DNA of 64,000 nucleotides from Cyanidioschyzon merolae (Eukaryota), in assembly GCA_000091205.1 (NCBI GenBank), contig AP006486.2; one strand, given 5' to 3'. Positions 55,570 through 64,000 of this stretch are shown piece by piece; the stretch's first letter is position 1, and each line of letters begins with the position of its first letter. Under the pieces are notes generated by a model. The model worked only from the letters and a program-made list of their open reading frames with translations, searched no databases and was not told the DNA's origin. Made by a program: the position numbers and the translations under genes.

Positions 55570-55747
55570 CTATCCATCCTTGTTCTGAATAGTATAGTTT
55601 CGAAATCTCTCGTAGTTTGCCGTGGCCGGAAAGGCTGCGCAACCTGATTCAGAAGCTGGCTCCTGAATACTATCAACAACATATGGACTGTTTCTCAGGG
55701 GCAACCGCAGTTCCAGTCAACTTGTACCGCTTCAGTACGCATGAAAA
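55570..55747. promoter_or_regulatory. Candidate bidirectional promoter between divergent RHD3-like and AP sigma genes
   Basis: A 178-bp spacer lies between the two divergent start codons. The call is inferred from gene arrangement alone. Confidence 0.3.
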
Positions 55748-56401
55748 ATGATTCTCGGAGTGTTGGTGTTTAATAGCCACGGCAAGTCCAGACTGGTTCG
55801 TTGGTACGATACTCGTCTGCAGAACCTCCCATTGAGTCAAAAACGCTTTATCGTTTGGAAGTGCTACCGTGCTGCTAGCACGCGAAATGCGGGCTCCAGC
55901 AACTTTTTGTTCAGCACGGACAGCGAGATCAGTGAGATTTTGGCCTTTCCCCTGAAAAGTGTCGAGCCTGCTGGTTTGGGGCGCACGTCTGGTGGAAACT
56001 CAGACGCGGCAAGTGTCGGACACGATCGCCCACGAAGAGACGCTTCGGACCGGCCTGAAACACGGCTCTATGGACGAGACCTCAGAGTCGTATTTCGCCA
56101 CTATGCCACACTTTTCTTCGTCTTTATCGTGGACGAAAATGAGAACGAGCTCGGGATTCTTGACCTGATCCAGGTATTCGTTGAAACATTGGACAGATAC
56201 TTCGGTAACGTCTGCGAACTCGACATTGTGTTCCATCATGAGAAAGTAAACTACGTCCTTGATGAATTAATCAGCGGTGGACTCGTGCTTGAAACGAACC
56301 AAGCCGATATCCTATCGGCGCTTCATGGAATATCCGAAGCGATAACAGCGGAGAACACGGGACAAGGGCTGACGAGTCTCGCTAGGAAAATGCGTCGATA
56401 G
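55748..56401 (+). CDS. Clathrin adaptor complex small (sigma) subunit, AP-1 sigma-like, with an internal insertion
   Basis: N-terminal MILGVLVFNSHGKSRLVRWY and C-terminal LRVVFRHYATLFFVFIVDENENELGILDLIQVFVETLDRYFGNVCELDIVFHHEKVNYVLDELISGGLVLETNQ match AP sigma. A roughly 45-aa low-complexity insert lies in the loop between them. Confidence 0.8.
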   Translation: MILGVLVFNSHGKSRLVRWYDTRLQNLPLSQKRFIVWKCYRAASTRNAGSSNFLFSTDSEISEILAFPLKSVEPAGLGRTSGGNSDAASVGHDRPRRDASDRPETRLYGRDLRVVFRHYATLFFVFIVDENENELGILDLIQVFVETLDRYFGNVCELDIVFHHEKVNYVLDELISGGLVLETNQADILSALHGISEAITAENTGQGLTSLARKMRR

Positions 56402-56909
56402 CAGGTGAAACACGCTTGAGGCACATGAGCGAACGTAGCGACCAGCATTGCCGAGCACTTTGTAAAGCAATAACTGCTCTTTTTAGGGGTCCTACGGCAA
56501 TTTAATGCATGCTCTCCAGAATACATCCAAATCGACCTCTCGACCAGGCCGGACAGCATATGCCTCGGGACATAAGTTTTGCATAAAACACATGCTCGAT
56601 AGGTTGCTACACATCTAGATGATTCGAAGCGAATCATGTTCCGCTAAAAAAACATGCATGAAGCGTCAGTAAAAGATTTCTCCGAACAACACAAAGCATG
56701 CATTCCACGTGCATGAAGAGGACCAATGGATGCTGAGGATTTCCGAGCTACGCCAAAATCCAGAATCATGTACGGAAAACCTTTGTTCCATATGACAAGC
56801 AGCAACTGAATCGTGTGCTGATGAAAGTGCGCTCTCCCTGCGTCCGTTCGCTGACGCGTTCATTGCAAGGCTGATGCTTCACCAAGAGTGTCGCTCTGGC
56901 AGGGGTTCT

Positions 56910-57452
56910 CTAAAATCCAAGTGCACGCACCCACTCGCGAACAGGGAAGAGAAAGTCGCCCTCGACCACGAGCCTTGGTCCCGGGCGGACGGTCACTTTC
57001 CGACCACCGCATACGCGTTCCATGTCAACAGCTAGGAGATCCACGCGCCCACGTACTCGCTTCAGTACTGTGTACACTTTGTTATGACCACGAAAGTCTC
57101 TATAAACTGGAATATTGTTGCCCTTTTCAGTTCGATAAACTATAAAAGGGAGCTTTGAGGGCCTGCCCAACGACGCTCCTGTATTGATAGGGCGCCCCTC
57201 TGCTGTAGATGCCAGCTCTACAGGAAAGGTTAGTCCCGTCGGTGGTGTCCATCTTATTCGTGCTCTCCCTTTCACTGCTTGCAAGAGATCAAGGCCTTTT
57301 TGTTCTTTTTCTAAAAGCCTTTCTCCAGGAGCCTGACAGAATGCACGAAGCCCGTTGGAAGCGAGAAGGTTCAGCGATTTCGAGCTTCGTTGAAGCAGCT
57401 GCAGTGCTCCCGTTGTGTTTCGTGAGAGCTGTTTGACGCTCTGCATATACAA
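56910..57452 (-). CDS. Mitochondrial ribosomal protein mL49 (L49/Img2 family)
   Basis: The C-terminal block NIPVYRDFRGHNKVYTVLKRVRGRVDLLAVDMERV..KVTVRPGP.RLVVEGDFLFPVREWVRALGF fits the L49/IMG2 signature. An N-terminal presequence is present. Confidence 0.6.
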   Translation of the reverse strand: MYMQSVKQLSRNTTGALQLLQRSSKSLNLLASNGLRAFCQAPGERLLEKEQKGLDLLQAVKGRARIRWTPPTGLTFPVELASTAEGRPINTGASLGRPSKLPFIVYRTEKGNNIPVYRDFRGHNKVYTVLKRVRGRVDLLAVDMERVCGGRKVTVRPGPRLVVEGDFLFPVREWVRALGF

Positions 57453-60400
57453 GACCCAAACGTCCAGGAAATATACTTAGGAAACTCACGGAGGTATACT
57501 GCGTTATCAGCGATGCAACCAGAAGCAAAAACTAGTGGAAAAAGCGAAGACTATAAGTGCTGCGGTCTTAATCAAGCTTACGAACTCGCCGTTATAATCT
57601 CAGGTCTGTAATGGGCAATCGCGATGACCCAAGCGCTGTTGTTTGCCATATCCACTCAAATGTTGGCCTTGGTAGTCCTTGGCCACGAAGAGTGCCCTTT
57701 TCCTTGTGTGGAGAGGGTGCTTAAACTCTAGCCCATCTTCAACCGGTATGGAGCATATATCAGTCCAGTTTAGCTGCTCCCTTTCCAGAACAAAATGGAA
57801 GTGGACCGCATACTCGGGTACAGACAAAAATGGAAACGTTCCTACTATGCTAAAGGGCAGCCTTTGGAACATTGTTCTGCATCTGTTTCTCTACCTCTAT
57901 ATCCTCTCCGCTCATAAATAAGACAAGAAATCTTTTCCCCAAGCTCCTTTTCAGCAGTAAAACGATATTGATAGCAGCGTTCAAGTTCAGATTTCGCCAT
58001 TTCCATCAGATGTCGTTGCATTCCATGCACAGGTGGGAGTTGCGAGCTATGCTTTGCTTGCCATTCGCATCTACATTTTTCGCTGCCTCTGTGTCCACTT
58101 CGCAGCGCTGGGAATATTCCATGTTGAGTGATCTGGTATATCCACCACACTTCCTCCTGCGAGCGCCGCCCTGTGGCGCGTGAATGCTCGCGCCATCGTT
58201 CAGTAGGTCCACCTGATGGTTCCAGAAGACTTCGCTCGATACCATCATCCTTCTGCGAGCTCGCTGCGGCTCTTCGATCATACGTCTATTATCAAGCCTG
58301 GGTGTTCCCTCTGTCTCTGGTACATTCACGGATAACACCGTGTTTCTCAAATGCTCTTCGGTTCGGAAAATAGCATAGAACAGAGAATGGGACATCTCAC
58401 ACAAAACTACTTATTCTGTTTCGATTACACCGATCGATAACGTCTTTTGAGCTTCGAAGAACAGATTCAGTGAAGCAAATACAGGTATCGATGACTCAGA
58501 TCGTCCTCGGCACGAGCCAGTGATCGATGCCCTTGGCGACGCGCCTGAGGCCGACAGGCTCCTCGGAGCTCTTCCCGGAAAAGCCCTTGACACTGGAAAA
58601 TGGCGGCTTTGCGAAGAGGCATATAGAAAAGAGACGAACAAGGTCCAAACAATAAATACATATTGCTTGTTTATCGATGGATACACACACTCAAGCACAG
58701 CAGGTTTGCCGGGCGAACAACAGTATTACTGCAACAAAAGAATCCGGGAACGTTCCGAAAAAATGTGCGTACCGCTCAAAGAGAGCTCGCTCATTCTCCG
58801 GCGGGACGCCTTCCTGCACGGAGCTCGCCGCCTGGGCTTTCTCTCGAACGAAAAGCACCGCACATCGCTAGTCTACGATACAGCGGTCGTTGCGGGATCC
58901 CTTGGAATGCACTTTTTCCCCGCCGGAACACAGAGGCCGCGTACGAGAATACGCGATCCTTCACAATGTGCCCGGCACGGCGCTTAGCTCGTACTTAAGA
59001 CGGTGTACCTCGAGTGCATCGGGGACCTCGAAAAAAGCATTTCGTAGTGGCACAGTCGGCACTGATGGCCATTTCTCTCCCCAGCTCCTCGCGTACACAC
59101 ATACACGACGCGCCACAGCCGATGCCCAGATATGCAGTTTGGCCGATGCCAAGGGCGTCGCTCGCTTCGTGTCTCATATCCGCCAGGCCTCCAAGAAGGA
59201 GCACGTGGGCGAAAAATATGCATGGTCACGCTGGACCTAGCCGGCATTCACCTACAGGGTCGCGTGATGGAATCGATAATGCAGAGACGAACGGGAGAGG
59301 ACACAGTCACTAGGCTGTACCGCACGACAGAGCTCTTCATGACCGGCGCTTCGTCGAAGCCCATCTGCTCAGAGGATAGACAGAAAGAGATCGACCTCTG
59401 AAGAATACTCCTGGAAGGCGGAGAAGCCAGGGAGCAGATCGACCTGCCGCCAATGAGCAGCTTGCCCTCAGAAGCGATGCTACTTCTGCATTCGGCGTGG
59501 GGCTCAGAGCCCCTAGAGGGACCAGACCCTCGGCTTTTCCACGGGCACCGTGCTGACGCTCACATCAGCCCCGCGATGCGCGCCTGTCTCGCTTCGTTGT
59601 GGAGTGGGTGTCTCTGCGACAGATGCGAAAATGCGACTGATGGAGGACTGAAGCACCAACGAAGAGGAGGGGTTGATCGACGACATGGAGTTCATAAAGC
59701 GAAGTAGGCGCCATTCCTCCAAAGATTGAAACAATGCACGAACCGCTGGAGGAAGAAAAGCGAAAGGATTGTAAGAATGCTTCGAAAGAAATGCAAAACA
59801 TGAGGAGCAGAAGTTTCTCACAACGACGAGTGGACCTATTGGCTTCTATCAGGGCCGATGGTATAGGTATTTCGATCGCCATCAACAGCAAGCTTCCGGG
59901 ACGCTTCACGAGCCCCTCTGAGCTCGAACACACCCCATGCACAGAAATGGACTACGCGTAGGAACAAAACGCAACACAGATGCGCGGCCACGCGAAGTTG
60001 CTCCGCAATACGACACCCGTCAGCCCGGACCCAGGAAGAGCAAACCCATACACCTGCGCTCCTATGAGACCTAACGAGAGGTCAGACACGCAGGTGGCAA
60101 CCGACGCTAATTGGAAGGCTTAAGATCCGAAGTATCCGACTCTAACCTGAAGGCGTAGGCTCTAGGCGCACGTACATCATGTTCTTCTCAGCGGAACCGA
60201 GCAAATGAAGGAATGGTCCGATAAGCGAGCCAGCGAAACTGATTCTAGTTACGGAAGCGTTCGCAGCATTGCGTCGAGCTCGTGGGATCTATAGGAACGA
60301 TGGTCACCAGAAGGTAAGGTTCGTCGATGTCCATCACGGTCATTGGCTCGTGTTGTGGAGTATGTTGGCAGCAGACGGGGAGCGTGCCTCGAAGCGGACG

Positions 60401-61426
60401 GTGAGTTATCGAATGGAACGCTTTGCTCTTGCTCCTGCAGCAGTCATGGTGGTTTTCTAGGGAATCGCTTAGCAGAGGTCCGTGATCGTCGGGAGCGTCA
60501 CAGCGTGCGGCAACAGGGCAGAGAGTCGGGGCAGGCCATGTATACCCTCCAAGGCCGTTTGCCGAGCGATGCAACATGAGTTCACGAGCCGCAGCGTGAC
60601 GCTCGAGAAGGACGTGTGGCGGACATAAGGGAACACCTGACCGCAACCTAACATCACTGCCGCGCCGGGAGCACCGACGCTGTACACAAAGAATACGAAT
60701 GCGGCGAGCAAAGCGTGGATTAGAAACTTCAACTATGCTTCGGATGCCAAGAAAGCATCGGGAGGCGGCGAGATCAAGGTGTGAACGCTACCGTGAGCAT
60801 CGTTTGACTGCTGACAAAGGGGCCGGACAAAATGAGACTCCGGCGTTCTCATGGGTAACGTTGGGAGCTGGAAAGCAAGCAGCACTACAAAAGCCCGGAA
60901 AGGCTTGTGTTAATAATAGTTAGGAGAGAGCCAGATTGTAGGTGATATATTCGGTTAGTTAAATAACTCCATTCCATTTTATTCTGACATTGTGCTACTG
61001 AAAAACCGACGTCTTCCATAAGATTAAGAAATGTGTCAACTGGGAACCAGAATCCAGAATTTCGGCGAACAATGTACCAAAATAGATTATATTGTTCTCT
61101 ACGGACATTTCCGTCCGTGCGCATGAAAGCCGCCATCGCGGGCTCCCGATGAGGCCAGCGAGATCTCTGCAGCAGCGTACCAGCGCCAGGAGACAAATCG
61201 CGCTCCAATCGATCATTGTGGTAAGTTGCTCACGACTCTCGGCGGCGTTAGTCATAGACTGTTCTCCGAGAAGGTTGCCGTCGAAACAACTTTTTGGTTT
61301 TAGACCTGTTACAAGCCGCTGTTGGAGACAGCAGCGGACTGTAAAAACGGGGCCAGACAAGTGGCCGACTTGGCAAAAGGACACGCAAGTTTCACTTCAA
61401 GCACTGCTACCTAGTACTCATCCGCT

Positions 61427-62647
61427 GTGTTGGCCAAAATGTTTGTGGCAAAGGTTCCGCTTAGCATTCGAGGACAGCCGAGTTTGAATGCCATAAAGCC
61501 GTCTGCGACCGCGCCCAAGCGCCGGAAGCTTTCGTTGTTTGCAGTTGCGGCTCCTCGTCGCTCGAGCGAACAGGCTTCTACTTCAGCAAACTCGCCTCTG
61601 CTTCCGAGAAACGATAAGGGGGAACCGTGGGTGGTACAGAGATCACGTCCTCGCCGGAATCGCAAGACAAATGCGGTTAGAGAAATGGTGCGTGAGAACG
61701 TCGTATCACCGGGGAACCTTGTGTATCCTGTCTTCATTCATGACGAAGACCACGATGAAGATATCGACGTGATGCCTGGATGCAAGCGCCTGAGCATCCA
61801 GAGTCTGCTGAAACACGCAGCGCAGGCTCTGGATTTAGGAATTGGCCACATCATTCTCTTCCCCAAAATCGAAGAGCATCTGAAAAGCAACACCGCGGAT
61901 GAATGCTACAACCCGAAAGGTCTTGTTCCCAGCGCAATTAAGGCGCTCAAAGAGAAGTTCGGCTCTCGAATCACTGTCTGGACGGACATCGCTCTGGACC
62001 CATACTCTGATCAGGGCCATGATGGCATTGTAAGCAACGATAGTTTAGGAGACGGCGGCTGTGCCAGAATCTTGAACGATGAGACTGTCGAGCAACTCTG
62101 CCGTCAGGCGCTCTGCCACGCACGGGCTGGAGCCGATATCGTTGCACCCTCGGATATGATGGATGGCCGCGTCGGGGCAATTCGTGACGCCCTTGATGAA
62201 GAGGGGTTCACGGATGTCTCGATCGTTTCCTACGCTGCGAAGTACGCCTCCTCATTTTATGGACCTTTCCGAGGTGCGCTTGATTCTGCTCCACGGGAAA
62301 CAAGTCGGGCACCGCGGGATAAAAAGACATACCAAATGGATCCGGGAAACGCGAGGGAAGCGCTTCGTGAAGCAGCGGCTGACCTCGAGGAAGGGGCAGA
62401 CATGCTTCTCGTGAAGCCTGGAGTTCCCTATCTCGATATCATTCACCTTCTTTACGATGCCTTCCCTGTTCCCATCGCCGCCTATCACGTCAGCGGTGAA
62501 TATGCCATGATCAAAGCAGCAGCACAACGGGGATGGATAGACGAGAAGCAGGTCGTTTTGGAAACCTTGTTAAGTTTGAAAAGAGCAGGTGCTACCTCTA
62601 TTCTCACGTACTACGCACTAGAGGCAGCTAAATGGATGCAGGAATAA
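61427..62647 (+). CDS. HEMB: Delta-aminolevulinic acid dehydratase (porphobilinogen synthase) with an N-terminal transit-peptide-like extension
   Basis: RRNRKTNAVREMVRE..LVYPVFIHDED, the metal-binding region ALDPYSDQGHDGIV, YQMDP, LLVKPGVPYLDI and SGEYAM are all ALAD hallmarks. A roughly 70-aa Ser/Ala/Arg/Lys-rich N-terminal extension is present. Confidence 0.95.
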   Translation: MLAKMFVAKVPLSIRGQPSLNAIKPSATAPKRRKLSLFAVAAPRRSSEQASTSANSPLLPRNDKGEPWVVQRSRPRRNRKTNAVREMVRENVVSPGNLVYPVFIHDEDHDEDIDVMPGCKRLSIQSLLKHAAQALDLGIGHIILFPKIEEHLKSNTADECYNPKGLVPSAIKALKEKFGSRITVWTDIALDPYSDQGHDGIVSNDSLGDGGCARILNDETVEQLCRQALCHARAGADIVAPSDMMDGRVGAIRDALDEEGFTDVSIVSYAAKYASSFYGPFRGALDSAPRETSRAPRDKKTYQMDPGNAREALREAAADLEEGADMLLVKPGVPYLDIIHLLYDAFPVPIAAYHVSGEYAMIKAAAQRGWIDEKQVVLETLLSLKRAGATSILTYYALEAAKWMQE

Positions 62648-63433
62648 CAAAACGAGCGCGTGCTGAGAGAGCCCGTCTCTGCGGAGAATTGCAATGGTTG
62701 ATGGATGTCTTTTGCGCTCGGCACTGCCTCAGATCCGTTGCATTATCGAGCTGCTAAATCTTTGTTCACAGCTCCTGCTCTGAATTTGTTGCGAAGACCG
62801 ATATAACAATGCTAGGCCAATTGCTGCGGCGAACAGAAAGAATATGAACATGATCAGCGATCGTAAAGCGATGCGACGCATTTTGCACTTTTTGTTCCAC
62901 GCTTCGCGCCGTCAACATCCAACAGGGCGCTGGCACTTATGTCCGTCTTCGACTGACAGCAGATCTGGCAAAAAAGGGATGCTGGCGTATGAGAATCCGA
63001 AGATAGGAAGACGACAAGGAAGCTGTTGTAGAGAGAACCCTCAAAGCTTTGCGTTTTAATAGTGGAAAGAGTCCCAAACTTCAACCTGGACGCTCGTGTC
63101 GGTGGAACTGCTTCATTTCATAGTGACAGGGTGTAGTGCTGGCGAGCGGCTACGTTGGAAGCGCTCGAGCTTCTCTGCGGAAAGCTGGTTTCACCGTGGA
63201 CAACTCAAAAGGCCAGCTTCCGCAATATGTTGAGACTTTTTGTTTAAAACACCTAAAAGTCAGCGAGTGTTTGACTTTCGCAACGAGGCGCTGGCTTTCC
63301 GAGAGTTACTTACTATTAACGAAAGAGAACATTTAAAGCTCCACGGCAGGAAGCTGTTCGAAAGAAATTTGTGACTCTTTTGCACTCGCTGTGGAAACTT
63401 TGCGAAACCTTCCGTGACTATCAACTCGTTCAT

Positions 63434-64000
63434 ATGGATCAAGAGCGCGTTCTTCTTTCGCTTCAGCGACTCCTGGCCCCGGGCCAGCATCAGTCTGAGA
63501 CACAACTCGTTGCCTGCCTAGACGCGAGGGAGCTTAACGTGGAGGTGTTCTCAACTTTGTGGGAAAGCCTTGCAGCCACAGTCAGTTCAATCAACCCCAG
63601 ACTACTTCAGGTGCTCGAAGCAGAGCTCAGAGCGCTGCTTCGCCTCCTCTATTTTGCATTCAGCGTCGGTGTCGGCAGACCATTTCCTGGCGACGTTTAC
63701 CAGAACCTCACATACAGGGTAGATGTTGGTAATACTGTGTCAGAGGGAGACTCCGTTATCATGACCAGGGGCAGAAGGTTCCTCTACGGTTGTGCCTACG
63801 TCCTGGGGCACTACCTGCTGGAGCGTTACCAGACGATGCGTTACACGGGCTCCCCTTGGGTGCCGTCTGCGTCGAGCGCAGAAATGATCGACAACCTTCT
63901 CAAATCTATGGAATCTCTGAACTTTTTCCTGTTCTTTTTGATGAGAAAGTACCGGAATCCACTGGAGCGCATTTTTAGGCTGCGCTTGCGGCGGGCAGAG
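63434..64000 (+). CDS. Partial ORF running off the window: Pex2/Pex10/Pex12-family peroxin N-terminal domain (tentative)
   Basis: Frame 2 is open from the ATG at 63434 to the window end (about 189 codons). It is absent from the ORF track because no stop is reached. The segment LLRLLYFAFSVGVGRPFPGDVYQNLTYRVDVG..RRFLYGCAYVLGHYLLERY resembles the Pex2_Pex12 N-terminal domain. Confidence 0.4.
   Translation, partial: MDQERVLLSLQRLLAPGQHQSETQLVACLDARELNVEVFSTLWESLAATVSSINPRLLQVLEAELRALLRLLYFAFSVGVGRPFPGDVYQNLTYRVDVGNTVSEGDSVIMTRGRRFLYGCAYVLGHYLLERYQTMRYTGSPWVPSASSAEMIDNLLKSMESLNFFLFFLMRKYRNPLERIFRLRLRRAE

Noticed and set aside
1-64000. Bacterial-locus interpretation (QueE, IF-1, Gfo/Idh/MocA, ALAD, P450 and an IS605-like TnpB could suggest a prokaryotic genomic island)
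   Set aside because: The same contig carries V-ATPase subunit a, AP sigma, PP6, Kae1/OSGEP, RHD3/Sey1, TDP2, mL49 and a tRNA-His without encoded G-1. There are no operon-like co-directional arrays or obvious Shine-Dalgarno spacing. The 'bacterial' proteins carry N-terminal presequences. A eukaryotic nuclear origin explains everything.
1-64000. CRISPR arrays, rRNA genes and prophage-like gene clusters
   Set aside because: No regularly spaced direct repeats were seen, and no rRNA-like conserved stretches. Gene content is ordinary eukaryotic housekeeping apart from the single TnpB/Fanzor-like locus.

Overview
This window looks like nuclear DNA from a GC-rich, gene-dense, intron-poor eukaryote, probably a plastid-bearing protist or alga; it is not a prokaryotic locus. 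I could not run any searches; every call rests on motifs read from the six-frame track and the raw sequence. About 20 conserved genes are each a single uninterrupted ORF, on both strands. Intergenic spacers are short, including head-to-head pairs 85 to 180 bp apart and a convergent pair 111 bp apart. Recognised products are: an OCRL-like inositol 5-phosphatase, Kae1/OSGEP, a PP6 phosphatase catalytic subunit, an organellar IF-1 with a presequence, a QueE-like radical-SAM enzyme, a GRAM/EF-hand membrane protein, L-galactono-1,4-lactone dehydrogenase, V-ATPase subunit a, a cytochrome P450, TDP2, an ABHD17-like hydrolase, a Gfo/Idh/MocA oxidoreductase, a Lon N-domain protein, an RHD3/Sey1-like GTPase, an AP sigma subunit, mitoribosomal mL49, ALAD with a presequence, and a partial Pex2/10/12-like ORF at the window edge. 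A nuclear-type tRNA-His(GUG) with no encoded G-1 and a Pol III T-run lies at 8552..8623 on the minus strand. The stretch that most deserves a second look is an AT-richer island at about 17.6 to 19.9 kb carrying a fragmented TnpB/Fanzor-like ORF (OMEGA/RuvC nuclease family): it has a DPG RuvC-I-like motif, a C-terminal zinc-finger-like region followed by a DFNAAINI RuvC-III motif, and a candidate GT-AG intron that would restore the reading frame. Other notable items are a eukaryotic QueE homologue with an N-terminal extension, a roughly 550 bp dispersed repeat present twice (about 2.05 and 14.0 kb), several AT-richer gene-poor islands, and insertions in the AP sigma and RHD3-like proteins.
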